A stretch of DNA of 64,000 nt from Eledone cirrhosa (Eukaryota). This document shows, one piece after another, positions 11,017 through 22,189 of this stretch; the stretch's first letter is position 1; each line of letters starts with the position of its first letter. The position numbers and the translations under genes are program-made. The notes under the pieces were generated by a model. That model saw only the letters and a program-made list of their open reading frames with translations. It ran no database searches and was not told where the DNA came from. The DNA lies in contig OZ024744.1 of the NCBI GenBank assembly GCA_964016885.1, positions 124,806,001-124,870,000 on the forward strand, read 5' to 3'.

Positions 11017-13782
11017 TCAGGTGTAGTTTTGGCGTATTTCGGGAAGCATGAGTGTCTTAAAGGATGCAGTGTCTCGGCAGCTAACAATTGACGCAGGCAG
11101 TTTGTTCCATGTTTCAGCAACTCTGAGCGTGAAAAAATGTCTGCGAAAGTCATGGGAGCTGTGCTGTTTTCTTATCTTGTAGGCATGTCCACGTGTGTTA
11201 GACACATGGAGATCAAAGAGGCGCTCAGGGTTGCAGTTGGCGAGATGGTTAAAAACTTTGTGGGTATTCACCAAGTCCACTGCCAGATGTCGGAGCTTCA
11301 ATGAATCCATGCCCAGGGAAGCAAGGCGTTCAGAGTATGGTAGGTGTCTGATGGAGGGTATGCGCTTGGTTGCACGTCTCTGAACAGTTTCCAGGAGGTC
11401 AATGTTCCGAGCAAGATAGGGGTTCCAGACTGATGATGCGAATTCCAAGTGTGGTCGCACCATAGCTGTATACAGTTTTAAATAGATGGCTGGAGAGCGG
11501 CTAACAAAGGTCTTGCTGAGTGATGCCAAGACACCCTCGGCCTTCTTGACAATCTTAGAGACATGCTTTGTCCAACGCAAATCGTTGCCGACAGTAATGC
11601 CCAGGTCACGTTCACAAGAGGACTTTTTGATGTCAGTGTTGTGGAGGGAGTATGTGGACGCTGGATTTTTCCTTCCAAAATGCATGGTGGTACACTTGTC
11701 CACAGCCAGCTTCAGTTGCCAGTCTGTGATCCATTGCTGCATTGTGTCCAGGTCTGATTTTAGGAAAGAGTTGTAAATTTCAGGATCAGTCCTTTTGATT
11801 TCAAGGTACAGCTTGATGTCATCTGCATATTTTAGTACCGTGGCATTCTGTAAGTTGGCATCTATGTCATTAATATATGCCACAAACAAAAGAGGACCAA
11901 GAACAGATCCCTGTGGTACACCAGATGACATCTCATATGGTGAAGAATGCTGTCCTAGAACCGTGACTACTTTCCTTCGGCTGAGAATGAAGGATTTCAG
12001 CCAGTCGAAAAGATCATCCCTCACACCCATTGCAGAGAGTTTTGCCATAAGTCTTTTGTGTGGCACAGAATTAAAAGCCTTAGCAAAGTCAAGGTAAACA
12101 ACATCCACCCATGAGCCGCTGTCAGTGATCCGGGTGATGTCCTCAAGGAACTCGATAAGCTGATCACAGCAGCTGGAGTTAGGGATAAATCCAAACTGTG
12201 AGGGCCGGATGAGGCTGTGAGAGCTCCAGAAGTTCCAAAGTGTTTCTCTGACACAGGATTCCATCAGTTTGGCCATACAGCTAGTAAGACTGACTGGACG
12301 ATAGTTGACAGGTGACATGCGGTTGCCCTTTTTGAACAGGGGAATGACACTGGCAGTTTTCCACTGCTCCGGAGTAGCACCATTGCTGAGACAGTATTGA
12401 AAGAAAAAAGAAAGCTGGCGCAAAAGGAAATCCCCGCCACGTTTGAGAAGCAGGTATGTCACACCATCAAGACCAGGGGAGGCATAGTTGCGCTTATTCT
12501 TAAGGTGACGTCGCAACATTGCAGGTGTAAATTCCATAGTTGTTATGGAATTTGATGTTAGAGATGGTGGAGATGGTACATTCTGGTTTTCAACAGTAAA
12601 AATACTTGCATAGCACTCAGCAATGAGTTCTGCGCATTCCTTGGGATCGTCAGTGATCTGGCTTGTGTGGGGATTGCGAAGAGGACCAACTGGAGAGTGA
12701 GGTCTCTGCTTTGAATGAACATATTTCCAGAACACCTTACTGTCAGGATTGGTTGCGATGCACTGTTCAAATTCAAGCACTGCCTTCTTTGTCACTTGCT
12801 TGAGATGGTTAGAAGATTTATTCCGCTTTTTTCTGTTGGCATCTGATCTATGCAGTTTATATTCCCGTTCAGCGTTCCGACGTTCTTTCCTGGCAAGTCG
12901 GACTGCTGAAGTTTCCCAGATTGCACTTTTGGGGTGGTTATTTTTCCGCTTCCGTGGCACTGATGCTGCACACGCTATCCATATTGAGTCCAGGATGCTC
13001 TGGAGTATAGAGTTCACATCTCCAGAGTTATACATCTCATGCCAGTTTGGGCGCTGTAGCTCAGTGCAGTACAAGTTCCAATCCGCCCTCTTCCAATCAA
13101 AGCAAGCAGATTGGAGATGGCTCTGGTTTTTGTTGCTGCCCTCAAGTGCCAGATTGGCAATGATCATAGCATGATCAGAGTCGCCTAGAGGTTCCTCAGT
13201 AGTACAACTGATAACCACTTCAGGAGTAGTGGTGAAGATCAGGTCCAAAGTGTTGTCACCTCTTGTTGGAGAGGTGACTACTTGTGACCAGTTTGAGTCC
13301 AGCACTAGTTCAAGGAAATCGTTTGCACCCTGTGGCCAACGAAAGGTTTCCCAATCGATCTCAGGATGATTGAAGTCACCTGCAATAAACACATAAGTGG
13401 CTGTTTTCTTGGCAGCAACTCTGAGGATATCGCAAAGCTGTGTGTCCTGATGGTAGTTTGGGGGGCGATAAACAACACCAAGCAGAAGTGTTGACATGGT
13501 CATACGTATGTCACAGAAAAAAACTTCTTCCTGTGATTCGTTCAAATCAACGCAAGGAATTACCGAAAAGTTTGAACGAACGTAGACCATCACACCACCA
13601 CCACGGCGGTTAATGCGGTCCTTGCGGAAAAGGTTGTACCCAGTAATGGTGAAAACCCCATCACAGAGTAAGGAATGTGCCCATGTTTCCGTGACTGTGA
13701 TGAAGTCAGGGTCGATGCTTCTGACGTAGGATTCGAACAGATGTATCTTGTTGCATAAACTGCGAGCATTTAAGGACAACAA
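11017..13782 (-). CDS. LINE ORF2: apurinic-like endonuclease plus reverse transcriptase (CR1/L2 group), 921 aa, non-ATG start
   Basis: APE motifs LNARSL, VTETW, YRPP, AGDFN, LDLIF, SDH. RT motifs NYRPVSLTS, QFGF, YLDFAKAF, GVPQGSVLGPLLF, YADDIK, ERDLG. CR1-type C-terminus VRPHLEFA..VWNP, TRGH..K, FFTLRV...WNKLP. Confidence 0.93.
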   Translation of the reverse strand: MLSLNARSLCNKIHLFESYVRSIDPDFITVTETWAHSLLCDGVFTITGYNLFRKDRINRRGGGVMVYVRSNFSVIPCVDLNESQEEVFFCDIRMTMSTLLLGVVYRPPNYHQDTQLCDILRVAAKKTATYVFIAGDFNHPEIDWETFRWPQGANDFLELVLDSNWSQVVTSPTRGDNTLDLIFTTTPEVVISCTTEEPLGDSDHAMIIANLALEGSNKNQSHLQSACFDWKRADWNLYCTELQRPNWHEMYNSGDVNSILQSILDSIWIACAASVPRKRKNNHPKSAIWETSAVRLARKERRNAEREYKLHRSDANRKKRNKSSNHLKQVTKKAVLEFEQCIATNPDSKVFWKYVHSKQRPHSPVGPLRNPHTSQITDDPKECAELIAECYASIFTVENQNVPSPPSLTSNSITTMEFTPAMLRRHLKNKRNYASPGLDGVTYLLLKRGGDFLLRQLSFFFQYCLSNGATPEQWKTASVIPLFKKGNRMSPVNYRPVSLTSCMAKLMESCVRETLWNFWSSHSLIRPSQFGFIPNSSCCDQLIEFLEDITRITDSGSWVDVVYLDFAKAFNSVPHKRLMAKLSAMGVRDDLFDWLKSFILSRRKVVTVLGQHSSPYEMSSGVPQGSVLGPLLFVAYINDIDANLQNATVLKYADDIKLYLEIKRTDPEIYNSFLKSDLDTMQQWITDWQLKLAVDKCTTMHFGRKNPASTYSLHNTDIKKSSCERDLGITVGNDLRWTKHVSKIVKKAEGVLASLSKTFVSRSPAIYLKLYTAMVRPHLEFASSVWNPYLARNIDLLETVQRRATKRIPSIRHLPYSERLASLGMDSLKLRHLAVDLVNTHKVFNHLANCNPERLFDLHVSNTRGHAYKIRKQHSSHDFRRHFFTLRVAETWNKLPASIVSCRDTASFKTLMLPEIRQNYT

Positions 13783-13838
13783 TTTGTACCCTGCTCGCAG
13801 TCTATGATGGTGTGTAGAGGGTGGCAGGTTGTTCTGGT

Positions 13839-13993
13839 TTAGTTTCCCAGAGTTGTAGCAGTTTTTACATTGCCAGTTATTGTGGGTAGATCACACTCAG
13901 ACCAGCTGGTATCTCTCTTCCACGTTTCACCCGCCTTGACAAACCTCCAGATCTGCCCATCATCACGCAGACTGAAACTTTCATCTTGTGCTG
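13839..13993 (-). pseudogene. C-terminal remnant of LINE ORF1
   Basis: Open frame [50 protein letters not shown] runs from the 5' truncation point to a TAA just upstream of ORF2. Confidence 0.6.
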
Positions 13994-14060
13994 TATATAT
14001 ATATATATATATACACACGTGTGTGTGTATTTATGTATATATATATATATACACACACAC

Positions 14061-14102
<42 letters not shown>

Positions 14103-14217
14103 GTGTGTGTGTGTATATATATTTATATATATATACACACACGTGTGTGTATATATATATATATATATACACGTGTGTGTGTATTTATATATATATATAT
14201 ATACACACACACGTGTG

Positions 14218-14248
<31 letters not shown>

Positions 14249-14269
14249 GTGTGTGTATATATATATATC

Positions 14270-14623
14270 TGTCTCTCTCCCTGTCTCTCACTCTCCCTCT
14301 ATCCCCCCTCTCTCTCTCTGTCTCTCTCTCCCCCCCCTCTCTCTCTCTAGTAGTAGAGAGAGACAAAGAGAGAGAGATATAAACGTATAACCCTTACCAA
14401 ACCCTAACCCAACCCTAACCCCAACCCTAACCCTAACCTAACCCTAACCCATCTCTCTCTCTCTCTCACCCCCTCTCTCTCTCTCTAGTAGTAGAGAGAG
14501 AGACAAAGAGAGAGAGAGATATAAACGTATAACCCTAACCCAACCCTAACCTCTCTCTCTCTTCTCTCTCTCTCTCTCCCCTCTCTCTCTCTATTTCCCC
14601 CCCCCCCCCCTCTCTCTAGTAGT

Positions 14624-14654
<31 letters not shown>

Positions 14655-14740
14655 TATAAACGTATAACCCTAACCCAACCCTAACCCTAACCCAACCCCA
14701 ACCCTAACCCATCTCTCTCTCTCTCTCTCTCTCTCTCTTT
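14270..14740. repeat. Compound repeat (CT)n-TAGTAGTAG-(AG)n-ATAAACGTATAA-(CCCTAA)n, 3 modules, with interstitial telomere-like hexamers
   Basis: ATAAACGTATAACCC at ~14379, 14521 and ~14655; 5 modules in the second copy at 52210-52920. Confidence 0.85.
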
Positions 14741-14879
14741 GTTTTTAACATTGTTTTGTTTTTCTTTTCTTTTCTTATTCAGATGACAAACGGCAGAGGA
14801 TACAACAGAAGAAAAGAACAAAGATAATTATTATTATTATTACTATTATTATTTGTTTTATTATAATCAAAATATGCTG

Positions 14880-15920
14880 TTAGTTAGATCTGCATTGCGT
14901 ACATTTTATATAATTTATGCCAGTTCCTTTTCTGCATATCGAACATGGCCATTTCCCTGACGGAATAGAGTTTTGTCCTCTTTCGTGACACAAAGTACAG
15001 CCAGCGGCATCATTGCGGACAGACTTAATCCCGAATTGCACTGACACGCTGCCTCGCAATACGGAACACCGCACGTCTTTGATCTTCTTCCCGTCGATCA
15101 GCCTCCTTGCCATGCTAAGTACACCTGACGTCTAGCTTCTCTCTTAGCGGCGGCTTTATATTCTTCTCTACTCCCACTAATTTTCCAAGCATTCCATGCT
15201 AGCCTTTAGTCTCCAATGGCCCGATCTACCGTGCTGTCCCACCACCATGTCACTCTCTGTCTGGTTGGAACTCTGATCCAGCCACAAGTTTAATCAGTAG
15301 CCTGCAATAAGTTGTCACATAAGAAAATCGAGTTCTCATGTATGTCATACGACTGTGAATCGTCTTCTTTTTCGTCATACACATATTGAAGGGCTTTCCT
15401 AAATTTCTATTTTAGTGAAATCTCTTTTAGCTTCCAGACCTTTCTTTTTTCCACATCTTCCTGTATGTCTCAATCATACCTGGAGCTGTCCAACATGACC
15501 ATTGAAATCCCCTGCTAGCATAACGATGTCTCCGTCCTGTCATTGTGGCTGTTTGTAAAAATTGCTTGTAAATGAAGTCTTTCTTTTCTTTACCTAGCAG
15601 AAGCAATTAACACTAACCCAACTGTAACACTAACCCTAACACTAACTTATGCAGGCCTAGGTAAAGACAAGAAAGATAAAACAAGGAGTGATGCTTCTTG
15701 AATTTTGTGATGCAAGTGTTTTAACCATTTGCAAAACCAACTTCCACAAACCTGCCTCACTGCCGCCTAATAACCTACAAATCAGGCAAGCACAGAAGCC
15801 GGATTTCTCGGTAGTTAGGCAGCGAGACAGACAGATGGGGTGTGAAGTACCAGGGTGTGCCCCGGGGAGGAATGTTTCCCACAGCGTGGGTTGGTTGTTG
15901 GTGATGTCTCGGTTATCTTG
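14880..15920. pseudogene. Mosaic of RTE LINE fragments (zinc-finger and C-terminal pieces on -, endonuclease pieces on both strands)
   Basis: SGKWPCSICRKGTGINYIKCTQC on -; AGDFNGHVG-like coding near 15490-15530 on -; LLEFC...LTICKTNFHKP on +. Segment 14745-15230 is paralogous to 16200-16300 plus 16745-17160. Confidence 0.6.
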
Positions 15921-16289
15921 AGACGGAGTGAGACGTGCAGGAATACTCTCACGGAATCGCCAAATGAGGTTTATTTTTCAACATAGTCCCTGGAATGAAA
16001 CAATGTGGTTATTAAGAAGAATTGAAATTAATGTAAGATTTCACAGATCTATGATCAATCCTTCACAGTCAGCTTACAAAGTTTTCAGCCAAACCTTGTG
16101 TATTTCCAACATTTCAAACCCTATCTAGGACTACATTATCTAATGTACAGTACAGTAGTTAGTATTAGTGGCTATCAGACATAGTGTATCTAAATGCAAC
16201 ATTTTTAACATTGTTTTTTTTTTCTTTTCTTTTCTTTTCTTATTCAGATGACAGACGGCAGAGGATACAATAGAAGAAAAGAACAATGA

Positions 16290-16712
16290 TAATTATTATT
16301 ATTATTATTGTTGTTATTCCTTGAATCTCAGTCATTGATGTTGGTTAACTGGAAAGTCCGTTGGAATGAATATCAAGCCACTACCTGCAGCCTCAGATAT
16401 TCAGGACGTATCGGAGGGTTCTTGCTGTTCCAAGCAAGCATGCCTTTTGAAGCGTTCCAAAAAGCGTGAAGGGGCCGATTTTCTTTAACCATCCCTGGAA
16501 ACTTTTGGAGATGGACAAAAAACTGGAACACAATAGACCTGACCTGGTGGTTGTGGACAAAGAAAAAAGATCGTGTCTGATTGTGGATGTGGCCTGCCCG
16601 TTCAACACGAGAGTGCAAGAGAAGGAGAGGGAGAAAATTAACCGATACCAGGACCTAAAGTGGGAGGTGAAAAGGATTTGGAACTGCCATGAAGTCAAAG
16701 TGATCCCGATTG
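16290..16712 (-). mobile_element. R4/Dong-like RLE non-LTR retrotransposon 3' fragment with inverted 5' part, inserted in (TAA)n
   Basis: Plus strand 16513-16711 encodes DKKLEHNRPDLVVVDK..CLIVDVACP..EKINRYQDL..KVIPI (RLE domain). Minus strand 16393-16512 encodes ISKSFQGWLKKIG..LQKACLLGTARTLRYVLNI*, then a 3'UTR and (AAT)n tail. Flanked on both sides by (ATT)n. Confidence 0.8.
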
Positions 16713-16753
<41 letters not shown>

Positions 16754-16779
16754 TATTATTTGTTTTATTATAATCAAAA

Positions 16780-17310
16780 TATGCTGTTAGTTAGATCTGC
16801 ATTGTGTACATTTTATATAATTTATGCCAGTTCCTTTTCTACATATCGAACATGGCCATTTCCCTGACGGAATAGAGTTTTGTCCTCTTTTCTACTCATC
16901 AACACTCATTCGTGACACAAAGTACAGCCAGCGGCATCATTGCGGACAGACTTAATCCTGATTTGCACTGACACACTGCCTCGCAATACGGAACACCGCA
17001 CGTCTTTGATCTTCTTCCCGTCGATCAGCCTCCTTGCCATGCAAAGTACACCTGACGTCTAGCTTCTCTCTTAGCGGCGGCGGCTGTATATTCTTCTCTA
17101 CTCCCACTAATTTTCCAAGCATTCCATGCTAGTCTTTAGTCTCCAATGGCCCGATCTACAGTTTCTGTCTCAACTCGTCTATGCTTGGTCGTTCCCGCAC
17201 ATTGACATTGCACATCCAACGGAGCATGCTTGCTTCATTTCTCTCCAGCCGTCGCATGTCCTCTGCAGTTGCTGCCCGTGTCTCACTACCATGCAGCATC
17301 GCGCATCTAA
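16780..17310 (-). pseudogene. RTE LINE fragments
   Basis: MLHGSET...RRLERNEASMLRWMCNV matches RTE Y/HGSETW...MLRW; zinc-finger piece near 16800-16870. Confidence 0.65.
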
Positions 17311-17314
17311 ACCT

Positions 17315-18190
17315 GGCCCTTACCCTAACCCCAACCTCTTTGGTTTTCGTTTTCTCGACGGCTAGCCGCATTTCGTGATCCGCCTTTCGATTGCGCTTCC
17401 GTCGCGGCAAAAGAATTGCCTTTCCAGACCGCCGTCGCCCGACCGGACCCATGATAGAAGACGTTCGTTACCGTTGGAGCAACGCAAATTACTCCTCGGT
17501 TGACGCCAAAAACGAACGCCTTCCCGCCTCGCGCCGCCTTCTCCTCGCCGACCCTCGGCCTCGACGATTAGCCACTTTCCGTCACAGCAGTAGATACGCG
17601 TCCGTCGTAATAGCCGTCATTTTAACGCAGGAGAAACGCCTAATTGCCCTGCACCGCGTTTGACGGCGATCTACGACGGCGACGATGCGCGCACTCTTCC
17701 TTGCTGCGACGAAGGTTTCGGCTTTTCGTCGTGGACCCGGTCAGGTCATGCCGCTGACCTCGCGTTACGGCGACGCGAGAAGACGTTCGTTACCGCTGGA
17801 GCAACGCAAATTACTCCTCGGTTGACGCCAAAAACGAACGCCTCGCGCCGCCGCTTCCTCCTCGGCCTCGACGATTAGCCGCTTTCCGTCACAGCAGTAG
17901 ATACGCGTCCATCGTAATAGCCGTCATTTTAACGCAGGAGAAACGCCTTGACGACGATATACGATGGGTCGACGACGCGCGCACTCTTTCTGCTGCGACG
18001 AAGGTTTTGGCTTTTCGTTGTGGACCCGGTCGGGTCATGCCTCTGACCTCGCGTTGCGTCGCCACCGCCGCGGCGGGCTTGGGTTTAGCCGTAGCTACCC
18101 TCGTTTTGCCAACGGCGACGCGAGAAGACGTTCGTTACCGCTGGAGCAACGCAAATTACTCTTCGGATGAGGCCAAAAACGAACGCTGAA
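17315..18190 (+). repeat. Diverged upstream paralogs of the 169-bp spacer repeat and ETS-like module
   Basis: GAAGACGTTCGTTACCGCTGGAGCAACGCAAATTACTCCTCGG at ~17457, ~17778 and ~18124; CCGTCACAGCAGTAG...GTAATAGCCGTCATTTTAA and GGACCCGGTCAGGTCATGCC are shared with 25310-25480. Confidence 0.85.
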
Positions 18191-18265
18191 GAGATATTGT
18201 CCATGGATATCGGGAATTTTACCCGCCCTAGATAGATAGATAGATAGGGATGTATGTATGTATGT

Positions 18266-18307
<42 letters not shown>

Positions 18308-18686
18308 GTATGTATCTTTCTCATTCTCTCTGTATGTATGTATGTATGTATATATATATAATTATATATTTATAGACATCCTGAAAGCTTTTTAAATGTC
18401 TGAGAGATTGGCTAAATATGTTTTGCAGGTATGACCAGTAAGAGAGAGGTAAGTTATTTCAAAACAATTCTTTGACCATTATTTTAAGGTACTATCTCAG
18501 TGTATTTTTAAATTGACCTCTTGATAGGATGAAATGACCTGTATAATTTTTTTCATATTTAGATGGAATAGAAGAAAAACAAGAAAAATGAAATGAATTC
18601 AAACAGAAAATATACACCAATGCCAATGGAGGTATGATTTCAGTTTAATCTTAACCTAATGACCACTTTACAGAGTGTACTGGATA

Positions 18687-18769
<83 letters not shown>

Positions 18770-19227
18770 AGGAAGCTCCAACCGTTAAGGTTGTCTTTCC
18801 ATTTATTAATATATTGTGTATTTACTCCACTAAACTGTTGAGTGCTTTATATCAGTTATAAAAAAATTTCAGCTTGTTGAATCCCAAAATAGTTGTTGAA
18901 ACAGCCACAGCTCAGCCGTCGGGGTCCTGAATATTTATCATATATATATACGTATGAGTGTGTGTGTTTTGAGAATTAATAATTATATAAACAAGTTTGT
19001 AATGAACAATTTATTTCTTATCAAAACTGTATAAACATGATATTATTTACAGTAAGAATAACAATAATAATGATGGTTTCTAGTAAAGGTGGAAGGCCAG
19101 TAATTTGGGGGAGGGGAAAGTTGATTAAATCGAAGAGAGAAAGAAAGAAAAAACAGAACGGGAAGGAGAGGGGATGGCAAGAGGTCCGGTGTCGCAGGAG
19201 AGAGGGGAGGGTGGTTGAGCTTTGAGT

Positions 19228-19715
19228 CTAGGGCAAGAGGGCAGAAATGCTGCGCCCCACGGATAAGACGGCAAAAATATTCTCGCGGACGATGGCCAGA
19301 GATACCCAATGCAACAACCACCCAACCTCGCGGTGTTCCCTCCTCAGATGGGCTGCTGACTCTCCGATCTTTTGGAGGAGCTCGGCAGTACAAGGTCCAA
19401 GTACTCCTGGGGTCTCGACGTTGACTGGTGCAGAGAGGAAGTGGCCGGACAATCCTCGGTATTTGTTTATTTTACGTTCTTCTGCGAGGTGGGCTGCGAT
19501 GCCGGGGTTTGTGACCGAAACGACTTGGAAACGAAGTTGTAGGCGGAGATTGTGTCGTAGCTGGTGGTGTCCCAGATGAGGGACCTACGTCCTTCGAATG
19601 GGAAGAGAGTGATTCCGTCGGGGCGCTTGCCATCTCCGGGACCTGTTGGCCCCAGTTGTGATGGGAAGCCAGCTGCGTCCAGGCTTCTTCTCAATATGTC
19701 GTTGACAACGACGTG
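19228..19715 (-). pseudogene. CRE-clade-like RLE retrotransposon C-terminal fragment, frameshifted
   Basis: DGKRPDGITLFPFEGRRSLIWDTT..DT followed by VETPGVLGP...VSLAIVREN, matching the CRE-type KRPDG..PW..G..WD.T / ET.G / SIAIQRGN pattern. Confidence 0.7.
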
Positions 19716-20262
19716 TATCTATTCAATAATTATTTGAATATTGAAATTTTAGGTTTAACTACCTTTTAAACCAAATACATTAAGAAAGGCATGACCAACA
19801 CCACATCATTTTTATTTCTATTTTGAAAGTAGGTTTATAAGTATTAAATTTCAGTAGATTCTTATATCCTTCATGGTGGTCTGGTGGGAGATACGAGAGA
19901 TGGTGGAGGTTCTGGTCTGGGGTTCAATCCTGCTCAGGAGATACTCTAAGGGGGTTCATACTAAACTTCTTCAGTGTTTCTTATCTCTAGAGACAAATAT
20001 ATATACATAAGGTAATCTGGTAAAGTTGTTAGAACATCACATAGAATTCTTTGTAGTATTTTTTCCAGTTCTTCAATCTGAGTTCAACTTTACTTTTCTT
20101 CCATTCGGGGTTGATAATAACGTACCAGTCAAATACTAGGGGTTAATTCTTCCTCTATATCTCTTTCTCACTCTCTGTCTGTTTTATTAAGACCTGGAGA
20201 GGTGATGTACTCTACCAGGTTTTATAATGAGTGATGGGGTCATACCTGCCTGCTACACCTCT

Positions 20263-20582
20263 GTGTACTAAGTGTAGCATATTATATCCTTGTTCAGGGC
20301 CTTCCTGACATTACTGTGTACTAAGGGTAGCATTTTATATCCTTGTTCAGGGCCATCTTAACATTGCTGTGTACTAAGTGTAGCATATTATATCCTTGTT
20401 CGGGGCCTTCCTGACATTAGTGTGTACTGAGTGTAGATTTTAACATCCTTGTTCTGGGCCTTCCTAACATTACTGTGTACTGAGTGTAGATTTTAACATC
20501 TTTGTTCAGAGCCTTCCTTACATTACTGTGTACTAAGTGTAGCATTTCATATACTTGTTCTGGGCCTTCCTAACGTTACTGT
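20263..20582. repeat. ~53-bp minisatellite (6 copies)
   Basis: GTGTACTAAG at 20263, 20316, 20369 and onward. Confidence 0.85.
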
Positions 20583-20584
20583 GG

Positions 20585-21360
20585 AAATAGTAGTTTATAT
20601 CCAATATGTAATATAGATATGGATTCTACAGGACTAAAACTCATTAATATGAGGGGTATTAGTAGATTATATGCCATATTTAATAGAGAAATGGCTTCTA
20701 CAAGACTAAAACTCATTAATATGAGGGGTATTACAGTTTATATGCCATATTTAATACAGAAAGGCTTCTAAAGGACTAGAACTCTTTAAATTGAATAAAA
20801 TAGTAGTATATATCCTATGTTTAATACAGAAATGCCTTCTAAAGGACTCATTAATATGAGGGTATTAGTAGATTATATAACATATTTAATACAGAAATGG
20901 CTTTTAAATTCAGGGACTCGTTAATTTGATGGAAATAGTAGTGTCTATGCAATATTTAATACAGAAATAGCTTCTACAGGACTAAAACTAATTAATATGA
21001 GGGGTATTAGTAGTATATGTGCCATATTTAATACAGAGATGGCTTCTAAATGGAGGTATCTCATTAATTCGATTGAAATGGTAGTGTATATGCAATATTT
21101 AATACAGAAATAGCTTCTACAAGAATAAAACTCATTAATATGAAGGTTATTATTACATTATATGCCATATTTAATACAGAAATCGGTTCTAAAGGACTAG
21201 AACTCTTTAATTCAAATCAAATAGTAGTATAAAGCAATATTTACTACAGAAATGGCTTCTACAAGACTAAAAATCCTTAATATGAGGGGTATTGTTAGAT
21301 TATATACCATATTTAATACAGAAATGGCTTCTAAATGAAGAAATCTCTTTAATTCGATAG
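20585..21360. repeat. ~71-bp AT-rich minisatellite (~11 copies)
   Basis: ATATTTAATACAGAAATGGCTTCTA recurs every ~70-72 bp. Confidence 0.85.
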
Positions 21361-22015
21361 TAATAGTAATAATAATAATAGTAATAGTAATAATACAGCC
21401 AATTTTCCACGCAATACTTTTAGTTAGCACCCCGAACGCATAATTGGGAATATAATCACTTATTTCCTAATGTTTGTTGAGTGAGTTGGGAAAAAAAACT
21501 TGGGAAATATATTTTCAGGGTCTCAAAATCTTAAAGAGAAAAAAAAGTCCTGTGGAAGGTAGCAAAACAATTAGGAAGAAAATGGTTTGAAGTTGGTTGG
21601 TGAGTATAAGATTACAGTATCTTGTTGATTTCTATAAAGTTTACTTTTAACTGAATTGGTAAAAATGGATAAATTAGAAGACACAATATAATAACTAATA
21701 TTGTCTTCTAAAACAGGGAATAAAAATATGTTGGTGTATTGGGGGGGGGGGGGGGGTAAACATGTGAGTTAATGGGAATGTTTTTGTTTGTTTTTATTGA
21801 AACATATTCAATCTACAGATAGGTTGTTATAGTTATTTAGTCTCGGGTCTGCCATTATCTGCAGATTTATAATTGAGGGGTGTTCCAGGTGTGACCACCC
21901 TACATTATTCCTAGAGATTGTTACTCCTTCATTCTTCAGTCATCTTGGTCTTCTTATGAGATGGTGGTGTAGTCTTATTTATTGTTAAGGTTATGGTCTT
22001 CCTTTGTCCACACTC

Positions 22016-22057
<42 letters not shown>

Positions 22058-22189
22058 AAAGGCTTCCTTCTCTGGAAAAAGATGATTTAATATTCACAAC
22101 CATCTGTCTAATTGTTTTCTGATGAGAATAAAGTTAATCTTGCTTGTATGTCTACCTGATCAAATGACTGGCTGATATCTTGAAGTCAT

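Larger units (their letters stand above)
10743..13993 (-). mobile_element. 5'-truncated CR1-group LINE lying in a (TA)n compound microsatellite; present in one macro-unit only
   Basis: ORF1 C-terminal remnant, intact ORF2, ~260-bp 3'UTR with an internal ~128-bp duplication, and an (ATT)n tail at 10743-10757. Absent from the homologous position ~51720-52210. Confidence 0.9.
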
